Shown: positions 1 to 7,975 of the stretch, piece after piece | Layout: every line of letters starts with the position of its first letter | Numbering within the stretch: the stretch's first letter is position 1 | Assembly: GCA_045807245.1 (NCBI GenBank) | Contig: JBJMHS010000001.1 | Location: 1-33,647 of the forward strand | Reading direction: 5' to 3' | Length of the DNA stretch: 33,647 bases | Origin: Actinomycetales bacterium | Lineage (GTDB): Bacteria > Actinomycetota > Actinomycetes > Actinomycetales > CAVURS01 | The notes under the pieces: generated by a model | Told to the model about the DNA's origin: nothing | The model's input: the letters and a program-made list of their open reading frames with translations, nothing else | Database searches by the model: none | Made by a program: the position numbers and the translations under genes

Positions 1-1
1 C

Positions 2-2890
2 CGGGCTGGGCGGCACCAGCAGGTGCGGTCCGTACTCCTCGACGAGGGCCGAGGGGTCGAAGCCGAGCTCGTCGACCGCCTTGGCCTCCAACGTCTCGAT
101 CCGCACGCGCTGCTGGGTCCGGGCCATCTCGTCCCGGTGCACGCTGTCGGTCAGCTCGCGCAGCTGCTCCGCCAGCTCACCGATCCGCCGGCGCGCGGCG
201 GACAGCTCGACGTCGCGCCCCAGCCGGGCCTGCTCGGCCCGGTCCCGGTCCGCCCCGGCGCGCGCGAGCGCCCGCTCGACCAGCCGGGCCGTGTACGCCG
301 CACCCAGCTCGACCGCCCGGGCCGTCTCGGCCTGGCGCTGGCGGCGCTCGCGCAGCCGGGCCAGCCGCTCGCGGGCCGCCAGCTCGTCGCGGGCGGCCTG
401 CTCGAGCTGCTGCGCCCGGGCCCCCATGGCGCGGACCCGCTCCTCGCCGGTCCGCAGCGCCAGCCGCGCCTCGGTCTCGGCCGAACGGGCCGCGACCGCC
501 TGGGCACCCAGCTGCTCGGAGCGCTCGGTGGACGGCTCGACCTCCACCGGCTCCTCCTGCGCCGCCGCCATTCGCTGGTCCAGCTCCTGCAACGCCTCCA
601 CGTCCGCCGCGAGGGCGGACTCGGCCTCGGCGAGTCCGCGCTGGGTGCGCTCGGCCTCACCGTGGGCAGCCCGGACGGTGGCACCGAGCTGGCCCAGCCG
701 CTCGGCGACCGCCGCGAGCCGGGCATCGGAGTCGTGCAGCCGGTCCAGCGCGTCCTCGACGGCCTCGCGAGCCGCCGCGAGCCGTTGCCGGGCGCCGACC
801 AGCGCGAACCGGGCTTGCTCGACCCGGCGCGTCGCGGCCTCCGCCTCGGACTCGGCCTCGTCGACCGCAGCCTGGAGCTCCAAAAGGCTTGGCACGGTTG
901 CCGATCCACCCACGGCGCGACCGACCGCCAGGACGTCGCCGTCGGCCGTCACGGCCGTGAGGTCGGGATGCAGCCGGACCAGGGCCTCCGCAGCGGCGAG
1001 GTCCGGCACGGCCACGGCGCCGGACAACGCGCGCTCGAGCGAGGACCGCAGCCGGTCTGGAGCGGTCACCAGCTCGCGGACCCAGCGGGCACCGGGAGGC
1101 AGCTCGCGCCGTACCGGCTCGGCCGGCTCGGTCGGCTCGGCCGGTCCGGCCAGCTCGGCTGGGCCAGCCACGAGCAGCCCGGCCCGCCCACCGTCCTCCG
1201 CGCGTAGGTGGCGGATGGCCGACACCGCCGACCCGACGGACTCGACGGCGACGGCGTCGGCGACGGTGCCGAGCGCGGCGGCGACGGTGGCCTCGTGGCC
1301 GGGCACGACGCGCAGCACGGCGGCCACCGAACCCAGCAGGCCGCTCACCCGGTCGCTGGCCGCGAGCAGCGCGCCGACCCCGTCCTTGCGCGCGAGGCCG
1401 ACCTGGAGGGCCTCGTGCCGGGCCGTCCAGGTCGCCCGGTCACGCTCGGCCGAGCGCTCCTGCTCGGTCAGCACCTCGACCTCACGCTCGGCACCCTCGA
1501 GGTCGGCACTGGCCCGCTCGTGCTCGGCGTCCAGGCCTTCCTCGCCCTGCTCCGCGCCCGCGATCTGGCTCTCCAGCGCGGTGAAGTCGGACTCCGCCGC
1601 CTCGCCGCGCTGCACCGACTCCGACAGCACCGTGCGGAGGCGGCCGATCTCGGCCTCCGCCGCCTCGATCCGGCTGCGGCGGGCAGCGACCTGGCCGGCC
1701 AGCCGGGCCAGCCCTTCGCGCCGGTCGGCGGCCGCGCGCTGCAACCGGGTCAGGGACGCCTGCTCGGCGGCGTGGGCCGCCTCGGCGGACTCCCGCTCCG
1801 CGACGGCCGCGTCCAACAGCTCCTTGGCCTGCCTGGTGGACCGGGCCAGCTCACGTTCCTGCTGGCGCACCCGGGCGGCCTCGGCGGCCAGCTCGTCGGG
1901 GTCGCGGCGCGGGGCGTCCGTGCCGGCGGGCTCCTCGGCGAGCAGGCGCAGCCGCTCCTGGGCCAGGCCCTCGGTCGCGAGCAGCCGCTCGTGCAGCCCG
2001 GACAGGCGGTACCAGGTGTCCTGCGCCTTCGCCAGCGCCGGCGCGGCGGCCTGGGCCTCCTGGTCGAGCAGGACCTCCCGGCCGCGCAGCCGGGCCAGCT
2101 CCGCCTCGACGGCGTCCTGCTGCGCGCGCAGCTGCGACTCGTCGGCGTCCTCCTGCTCCAGGGCACTGCGCAGCTGGACCAGGTCGTCGGCGAGCAGCCG
2201 CAGCCGGGCGTCGCGGACGTCCGCCTGCACCACGGTGGCCCGGCGGGCGACCTCGGCCTGCCGGCCCAGGGGCTTGAGCTGGCGCCGGATCTCGCTGGTC
2301 AGGTCGGTGAGGCGGGTGAGGTTGGACTCCATTGCCTCGAGCTTGCGGAGCGCCTTCTCCTTGCGCTTGCGGTGCTTGAGGACGCCGGCCGCCTCCTCGA
2401 TGAAGCCGCGGCGCTCTTCGGGGGTGGCGTGCAGGACGGCGTCGAGCTGGCCCTGGCCGACGATGACGTGCATCTCGCGGCCGATGCCGGAGTCGGACAG
2501 CAGCTCCTGCACGTCAAGCAGCCGGCTGGGGGTGCCGTTGATCGCGTACTCGCTGCCGCCGCCACGGAACATGGTCCGCGAGATCGTGACCTCGGAGTAG
2601 TCGATCGGCAAGGCCCCGTCGCTGTTGTCGATCGTCAGGCTGACCTCGGCCCGGCCGAGTGGCGGGCGACCAGAGCTGCCCGCCGTACCGGCGAAGATGA
2701 CGTCCTCCATCTTGCCGCCGCGCAGGCTCTTCGCACCCTGCTCGCCCATCACCCAGGCGAGCGCGTCGACGACGTTGGACTTGCCGGACCCGTTCGGCCC
2801 GACCACGCAGGTGATGCCCGGCTCCAGGCGCAGAGTGGTCGCGGAGGCGAAGGACTTGAAGCCTCTCAGCGTGAGGCTCTTCAGGTACAC
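2..2890 (-). CDS. smc: Chromosome segregation protein SMC (3' end runs off the window)
   Basis: Manual translation from GTG at 2890 gives MYLKSLTLRGFKSFASATTLRLEPGITCVVGPNGSGKSNVVDA (Walker A), followed by coiled coils and a hinge. Absent from the ORF track because there is no stop inside the window. Confidence 0.97.
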   Translation of the reverse strand, partial: MYLKSLTLRGFKSFASATTLRLEPGITCVVGPNGSGKSNVVDALAWVMGEQGAKSLRGGKMEDVIFAGTAGSSGRPPLGRAEVSLTIDNSDGALPIDYSEVTISRTMFRGGGSEYAINGTPSRLLDVQELLSDSGIGREMHVIVGQGQLDAVLHATPEERRGFIEEAAGVLKHRKRKEKALRKLEAMESNLTRLTDLTSEIRRQLKPLGRQAEVARRATVVQADVRDARLRLLADDLVQLRSALEQEDADESQLRAQQDAVEAELARLRGREVLLDQEAQAAAPALAKAQDTWYRLSGLHERLLATEGLAQERLRLLAEEPAGTDAPRRDPDELAAEAARVRQQERELARSTRQAKELLDAAVAERESAEAAHAAEQASLTRLQRAAADRREGLARLAGQVAARRSRIEAAEAEIGRLRTVLSESVQRGEAAESDFTALESQIAGAEQGEEGLDAEHERASADLEGAEREVEVLTEQERSAERDRATWTARHEALQVGLARKDGVGALLAASDRVSGLLGSVAAVLRVVPGHEATVAAALGTVADAVAVESVGSAVSAIRHLRAEDGGRAGLLVAGPAELAGPAEPTEPAEPVRRELPPGARWVRELVTAPDRLRSSLERALSGAVAVPDLAAAEALVRLHPDLTAVTADGDVLAVGRAVGGSATVPSLLELQAAVDEAESEAEAATRRVEQARFALVGARQRLAAAREAVEDALDRLHDSDARLAAVAERLGQLGATVRAAHGEAERTQRGLAEAESALAADVEALQELDQRMAAAQEEPVEVEPSTERSEQLGAQAVAARSAETEARLALRTGEERVRAMGARAQQLEQAARDELAARERLARLRERRQRQAETARAVELGAAYTARLVERALARAGADRDRAEQARLGRDVELSAARRRIGELAEQLRELTDSVHRDEMARTQQRVRIETLEAKAVDELGFDPSALVEEYGPHLLVPPSP

Positions 2891-3027
2891 GGAACGATCT
2901 CTCCTGAGCCCACTTCAGGGCCGTCGACGGCGTGTGCCGGGGAAGGCGGCTTCACCCTACCGTCGGCTCAGCTCCACATCTTGCAAGCGACCGCGAACAA
3001 GGCCAGCGGGTCGTGCGGCAGAGCGGC

Positions 3028-3270
3028 TCAGGAGGTGGGCGCGAGGCTCCGGCGGTCGAGCTCGACCGTCTCCATCGTGCTGTCGCTCAGGCTGATCGCC
3101 ATCTGGTCGGCGAGCCGTCGGGTCTCCAGCTCGGCCCGCAGGCTGTCGTTCTCCTCCTGCAGCGAGTCGACGAGGCCGAGCAGGTCCTGGACCCTCTCGC
3201 GCAGCCTGGCTGCCTCCCACACCAGTCGGTCGTCGTGTCGGACGTACTGACCGAGCAGGGCTTTCGCCAT
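3028..3270 (-). CDS. Small (80 aa) coiled-coil protein, MAKALLG-type, upstream of smc
   Basis: GGAG RBS 6 nt before ATG; heptad pattern LRERVQDLLGLVDSLQEENDSLRAEL; resembles a small hypothetical protein I recall upstream of smc in Streptomyces. Confidence 0.8.
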   Translation of the reverse strand: MAKALLGQYVRHDDRLVWEAARLRERVQDLLGLVDSLQEENDSLRAELETRRLADQMAISLSDSTMETVELDRRSLAPTS

Positions 3271-3521
3271 CGTGTTCTCCGTGCGGTTGCTGAGGTAGTC
3301 GCTGTTGGCGCTGTCAGTGTCCCTGGCTCACGGCAGGGCCGGAGCGGGCGCGGATGCCCCACTAGGGTCGCACCCTCACGGCCCCGGGGTCAATCTTGAC
3401 GCTGGTCCACCTGGTGGTCGATATCGGGCGAGATACGGGCGGTTCTGCCGGCGGTTAGCCCATCCGGGTGACCCGGCACCGCTCGACTAACCCACAGGTA
3501 CGCCCCCGTGGCCGTTGACCG

Positions 3522-4409
3522 TCACCAGCGGGCCCGCCGGGGGCGGGGCTGGCACTTCGGGCACGAGTAGCTCGACCGGTTCATGAAGGCCTCCCGGCGG
3601 ATCGGCGTACCGCACCGTGGGCACGGCTCGCCCTCCTGCCCGTACGCCGCGAGCGAGCGGTCGAAATAGCCGCTCGCGCCGTTCACGTCGACGTACAGGC
3701 GGTCGAAGCTCGTCCCGCCCTCGCTGAGCGCCTCCGACATCACCTCGTGCGCGAACCCGAGCACGCGCCGCGCCTCGGGCCGGGTCAGGGTCTCGGTCGG
3801 GCGGCCACCGTGGAGCCTGGCCCGCCACAGCGCCTCGTCCGCGTAGATGTTGCCGACCCCCGAGACGAGGGACTGGTCGAGCAGCGCCCTCTTCAGACCG
3901 GTCCGCCGCCGGCGCAGGCGCACCACGACCGACTCCAGGTCCAGTCGCGGGTCGAGCAGGTCGCGGGCGATGTGGGCGACGCTGGCGGGGACGAGCTCAC
4001 CGTCGTCGTCCCCCGGGACGAGCGGCTCGAGCATGAACCCACCGAAGGTGCGCTGGTCGACGAACCGGAGCTGCGGACCCCCGTCGGCGAAGGCGACGGT
4101 GACCCGCAGATGGAGCTCCTGCGGCTGGTCGGCCGCCTCGACGAGGAGCTGGCCGCTCATCCCGAGGTGTGCGACGACGGCCTCGTCCGGCTGGCCGTCC
4201 GGTGCCGCGAGCACCAGCCACAGGTACTTGCCCCGGCGCTGCGCGGACTCGACGGTCCGCCCGGCCAGCCGCGCCTCGAGATCCTGGGCACCGGGCAGAT
4301 GGCGGCGCACCGCACGCGGATGCAGGACGCGGACGCGCTCGATGGTGCGCCCGACGACGTGTGCGGCCAGGCCACGACGGACGACCTCGACCTCGGGGAG
4401 CTCCGGCAT
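3522..4409 (-). CDS. mutM: Formamidopyrimidine-DNA glycosylase
   Basis: N-terminal [23 protein letters not shown]2TH motif, C-terminal CPRC/CPKC zinc finger. Confidence 0.97.
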   Translation of the reverse strand: MPELPEVEVVRRGLAAHVVGRTIERVRVLHPRAVRRHLPGAQDLEARLAGRTVESAQRRGKYLWLVLAAPDGQPDEAVVAHLGMSGQLLVEAADQPQELHLRVTVAFADGGPQLRFVDQRTFGGFMLEPLVPGDDDGELVPASVAHIARDLLDPRLDLESVVVRLRRRRTGLKRALLDQSLVSGVGNIYADEALWRARLHGGRPTETLTRPEARRVLGFAHEVMSEALSEGGTSFDRLYVDVNGASGYFDRSLAAYGQEGEPCPRCGTPIRREAFMNRSSYSCPKCQPRPRRARW

Positions 4410-4429
4410 CAGCGCGACCGCCGGCCCGG

Positions 4430-5278
4430 TCAGCCTTCGGCGGAGGTGAGGTCGGGATGCCGGGCGCTGAGCTCGGTCCAGGCGGCCGCGGCGGCCTGCT
4501 GCTCGGCTTCCTTCTTGCTGCGGCCGCTGCCGGAGCCGACCGAGGCGCCGCCGACGACGGCGTTGGCGTGGAAGACCTTCTCGTGGTCCGGGCCCTCCTC
4601 GGCGACGACGTACTCCGGCACGCCCAGGGCCGCCGCGGCGGTCAGCTCCTGCAGGCTGGTCTTCCAGTCCAGGCCAGCGCCGAGCCGGGCGGAGGAGGAC
4701 AGCAGGGGGTCGACCAGGCGGTGCACGAAGCGGTCGGCGGGCTCGCTGCCGGCAGAGAGGTACACCGCGCCGATCAACGCTTCCAGGGTGTCGGCGAGGA
4801 TCGAGGACTTGTCCTCCCCGCCCGTGGTCTGCTCGCCCCGGCCGAGGCGGATGTGGGCGCCGAGTCCCAGCGTGCGCGAGATGTCGGCGAGGGCACGCAT
4901 GTTGACCACAGCGGCGCGCAGCTTGGCCAGCTGGCCTTCGGGCAGGTCCGGATGGTCGCGGTAGAGGGTGTCGGTGACGACCAGGCCGAGCACCGCATCA
5001 CCGAGGAACTCGAGCCGTTCGTTGTGCGGGAGGCCGCCGTTCTCGTACGCGTAGGACCGGTGGGTCAGGGCGCGCTCCAGCAGGGCCGGCTCGACCTCGA
5101 CGCCGACGCTGGCGAACAGGGCCGCCAGCGAACCGGTGGGCATCAACGGAGGCGCCACCGGCGCCACAGCCGTTACCGGCGCTACTGGCGCTACTGGCGC
5201 TGCTGGCGCGGTCTCGGCATGGGCAGCGCTCGGTTCGGCCACGCCGCTCGGCTCGGTCACGCGGCCCGGTCCCGTCAC
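4430..5278 (-). CDS. rnc: Ribonuclease III (start uncertain: GTG 5278, GTG 5260 or ATG 5143)
   Basis: [18 protein letters not shown] signature, C-terminal dsRBD (DWKTSLQE...[12 protein letters not shown]). The ORF-track start at 5851 overlaps rpmF and yceD and is spurious. Confidence 0.95.
   Translation of the reverse strand: MTGPGRVTEPSGVAEPSAAHAETAPAAPVAPVAPVTAVAPVAPPLMPTGSLAALFASVGVEVEPALLERALTHRSYAYENGGLPHNERLEFLGDAVLGLVVTDTLYRDHPDLPEGQLAKLRAAVVNMRALADISRTLGLGAHIRLGRGEQTTGGEDKSSILADTLEALIGAVYLSAGSEPADRFVHRLVDPLLSSSARLGAGLDWKTSLQELTAAAALGVPEYVVAEEGPDHEKVFHANAVVGGASVGSGSGRSKKEAEQQAAAAAWTELSARHPDLTSAEG
5151..5209. repeat. Degenerate 9-bp tandem repeat (ggcgctact-like, about 6 units)
   Basis: ggcgccacc ggcgccaca gccgttacc ggcgctact ggcgctact ggcgctgct ggcgc; encodes [20 protein letters not shown] in the rnc frame. 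Confidence 0.8.
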
Positions 5279-5288
5279 ACGGCCGTTC

Positions 5289-5483
5289 TCAGGCCTGGAA
5301 CTCGCTGCGCTCGGCCGCGGCGTAGTGGCGTCCGGCGTAGGTCCCGCAGGACGGGCAGGCGACGTGCGGCAGCTTGGGCTGCTTGCACTGCGGGCACGGG
5401 GACAGCGTGGCCGCGCTCGCCTTCCAGTTCGCCCGGCGCGAGCGGGTGTTCGAGCGCGAGGTCTTGCGCTTCGGGACGGCCAC
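5289..5483 (-). CDS. rpmF: 50S ribosomal protein L32 (Zn-binding form)
   Basis: [21 protein letters not shown] and CPSC; GAGGAAGAG RBS-like stretch upstream. Confidence 0.97.
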   Translation of the reverse strand: MAVPKRKTSRSNTRSRRANWKASAATLSPCPQCKQPKLPHVACPSCGTYAGRHYAAAERSEFQA

Positions 5484-5484
5484 G

Positions 5485-6120
5485 TCAGTTCTCTTCCTCT
5501 AGGTCTGCCATGTCTGCGGCAGTGTCTTCTGCTGCTGCTCGGGGTCCTGCGGTCAAGCTCTGCAGGGCCGCCCATCTCGGGTCGACCCGGTCGTGCCGGT
5601 GCTCCGGGTCGTCCGCCAGGCGGGCTCCGCACTCGGAGCACAGACCCGGACAGTCCGGCCGGCACACCGGCTGGAACGGCAGCGCGAGCACCACCGTGTC
5701 CCTCAGCACGGGCTCGAAGTCGATCAGGTCGCCCTCGAGCTCGTCGGTCTCGTCGTCCTCGACGTCCGTCGGCACCTGCCCGGGGTAGGCGTACAGCTGC
5801 TGCACGTCCACCTCGACCCGGCGCTCCAGGTCGTCCAGGCAGCGCACGCACTGCCCGGCCGCCATGGCCGTCACGGTCCCCGACACCAGCACTCCCTCGA
5901 CCACGGACTCCAGACGGAGATCGAGGTCGACGTCGCTGGCCTCCGGGACCGCGATCACCTCGGTGCCGAGGTCGGCCGGAGCCGGCACGGTCCGGTGCAC
6001 CCGCACCATCGAGCCTGGTCGGCGGCCGAGCTCTCGGGTGTCGAGCACGAACGGCGATCGCGGATCGAGGTGGATGGGTGTCTCCGGTGCCTGCAACCGA
6101 ATGCAGGGTCGTAACGGCAT
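5485..6120 (-). CDS. yceD: YceD/DUF177 family protein (start uncertain)
   Basis: CVRCL and [15 protein letters not shown] motifs, DPRWAAL; canonical position upstream of rpmF. Confidence 0.9.
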   Translation of the reverse strand: MPLRPCIRLQAPETPIHLDPRSPFVLDTRELGRRPGSMVRVHRTVPAPADLGTEVIAVPEASDVDLDLRLESVVEGVLVSGTVTAMAAGQCVRCLDDLERRVEVDVQQLYAYPGQVPTDVEDDETDELEGDLIDFEPVLRDTVVLALPFQPVCRPDCPGLCSECGARLADDPEHRHDRVDPRWAALQSLTAGPRAAAEDTAADMADLEEEN

Positions 6121-6202
6121 GGTGACCACGGCCTCGAGGTCGAGACCGACCGCCAAGGCTACCTGAGCGCTGTGAGGACGCCCAAACCCGAGCGGCCCCG
6201 GC

Positions 6203-6802
6203 TCAGGCGCCGTCGGGCGGAACCTCAGGCACGTCTCGGGGCGGCCCTGGCTCAGCGGGCGGTTCGGGGCCGTCGGCCCGCGCCGGCGGCTGCGCGGGCT
6301 CGGGCTCGCCGCCGCGGTGAGCGCCGGCCCCGGCGCCGAGCCGGCCGAGGTCGGCAGCCCGCCTTTCGGCCAGGCGGGTCCGACCCCGCTGCACCTGCTG
6401 GGTCAGCCGGTCCAGGGCGATCTCGAACTCGGCCAGCTTGCGGTCGACATAGTCGTCGGCGTCCGACAGCAGGCGGGTCGACTCGGCGTTGGCCTCGGCC
6501 ACGATGGTGGAGGCGCGCTCGCGGGCCCCGAGGACGACCGCCTGCTCCTCCACGAGCCGGTCGTGCTCGGCCCGGGCCTGGTCCATCAGCCGGCGCGCTG
6601 CGTCGCGCCCCTCGTCGACGACGGCGTCCCGGTCGGACAACAGTGAGTCGGCCCGCTGCAGCTGCTCGGGCAGCAGGCCGCGCAGCTCGTCGAGCCGTCC
6701 GAGCATCTCCTCGCGGTTCACCAGGCAGGACGCCGACATCGGCATGGCGCGCGCGTCCTCGACGACCTGGATGATCTCCGCGAGCTTGTCCTGGACGTCC
6801 AC
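6203..6802 (-). CDS. sepIVA: SepIVA-like coiled-coil cell division protein
   Basis: ARAMPMSASCLVNR and ADDYVDRKLAEFE motifs; position between coaD and yceD; GAGGAAGGGG RBS before GTG 6802. Confidence 0.75.
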   Translation of the reverse strand: MDVQDKLAEIIQVVEDARAMPMSASCLVNREEMLGRLDELRGLLPEQLQRADSLLSDRDAVVDEGRDAARRLMDQARAEHDRLVEEQAVVLGARERASTIVAEANAESTRLLSDADDYVDRKLAEFEIALDRLTQQVQRGRTRLAERRAADLGRLGAGAGAHRGGEPEPAQPPARADGPEPPAEPGPPRDVPEVPPDGA

Positions 6803-6803
6803 G

Positions 6804-7349
6804 TCAGACCCCTTCCTCTGCGACATGTCGCGCGCGCAGTGCGAGCAGCCGGCCGTTCACCTCGGCCGGCACCAGGGCCGACACGTCGCCGCCGTACGCC
6901 GCTACCTCCTTGACCAGGCTGCTGGACACGTGCTCCAGCTTCGGGTCGCCCGCCAGGAACACCGTCTCGACGCCCGTCAGGTGGCGGTTCATCAGCGCCA
7001 TCGGCAGCTCGTAACCCAGGTCGCCCGTGCCCCGCAGGCCCTTGACGACGGCGACGGCACCGACCTCGCGGCAGACGTCCACCAGGAGCCGGCCCCCGAA
7101 CGCCTCGACCCGGACGGCGGCCCTCTTCCCGTCCAGCCGGTCGGCCAGCGCGCCCTGCACCAGGGCCACGCGGTCCTCGACCGGGAACGTCCCGGCCTTG
7201 AGGGGGTTGTGCAGGACGGCCACGACGACCTCGTCGAACAGCGCTGTCGCACGTCCGATGATGTCCAGATGCCCGTTGGTGACCGGGTCGTAGGACCCCG
7301 GACAGACGCACCGTCGCACCGGCTGCGGAGACGGCGCGGTGTCGCTCAC
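6804..7349 (-). CDS. coaD: Phosphopantetheine adenylyltransferase (start 7349 or 7319)
   Basis: PGSYDPVTNGHLD, KGLR, YELPMALMN, VSSSLVKEVA. Confidence 0.96.
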   Translation of the reverse strand: MSDTAPSPQPVRRCVCPGSYDPVTNGHLDIIGRATALFDEVVVAVLHNPLKAGTFPVEDRVALVQGALADRLDGKRAAVRVEAFGGRLLVDVCREVGAVAVVKGLRGTGDLGYELPMALMNRHLTGVETVFLAGDPKLEHVSSSLVKEVAAYGGDVSALVPAEVNGRLLALRARHVAEEGV

Positions 7350-7371
7350 GGCTGTCGAACCTAGCAGCCGG

Positions 7372-7953
7372 TCAGGCGACGTCCGGGTCTCCCGCCGTAC
7401 GGGCCCACCAGACCCGTGTCTCGCCGTACCGGCGCTCGTCGACGGACTCCAGCTCGGCCGGCCATCGCGGTTCCGGGCTGCGCGAGCTCCGCTCCACGAC
7501 GACCAGGGACGCAGGCCCCAGCCAGCCGTGCCGGGGCAGCAGTGCGACCACGTCGGCCAGGTCGGCTTCGGACAGGGAGTACGGCGGGTCGGCCAGCACC
7601 AGGTCGTACGGCGCGTCGGCGCCGCCGAGCAGCGCGCGTTGCACGGGTTGGGCCAGCACGCTGGCCGCACCGGCGTCGGAGGCGAGCGCGGACACGTTGC
7701 GGCGCAAGGCTTCCAGCGCGGCCCGGTCGCTCTCGACGAACGTCGCACAGCGTGCGCCGCGGCTCAGCGCCTCGAGGCCGAGCGCTCCTGAGCCGGCGTA
7801 CAGGTCGAGGACGCGCGCGCCGGACAGGACGTCCTGGTGGTCCAACCGCCCGAACAGCGCCTCCCGCACGCGGTCGCTGGTCGGACGCGTCCCGGCACCG
7901 GCAGGTACCGCGATCTGCCGGCCGCCGAAGGCACCCGAGATGATCCGAGTCAC
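7372..7953 (-). CDS. rsmD: 16S rRNA m2G966 methyltransferase
   Basis: MTRIISG, TRPTSDRVREALF, LDLYAGSGALGLEALSRGA, DPPY. Confidence 0.95.
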   Translation of the reverse strand: MTRIISGAFGGRQIAVPAGAGTRPTSDRVREALFGRLDHQDVLSGARVLDLYAGSGALGLEALSRGARCATFVESDRAALEALRRNVSALASDAGAASVLAQPVQRALLGGADAPYDLVLADPPYSLSEADLADVVALLPRHGWLGPASLVVVERSSRSPEPRWPAELESVDERRYGETRVWWARTAGDPDVA

Positions 7954-7975
7954 GCGTCGTTCACGGCGGCCGCAC

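Noticed and set aside
3458..3468. 11-mer CCCGGATGGGC shared with 23546-23556
   Set aside because: Expected by chance in 33 kb of GC-rich DNA.
3280..3520. Possible c-di-AMP (ydaO) or other riboswitch
   Set aside because: Only a CTAACC-like fragment is present; the other conserved elements are missing on both strands.
4430..5851. Apparent 473-aa RNase III fusion
   Set aside because: The upstream part overlaps rpmF and yceD in another frame and is low-complexity; it is an ORF overextension.
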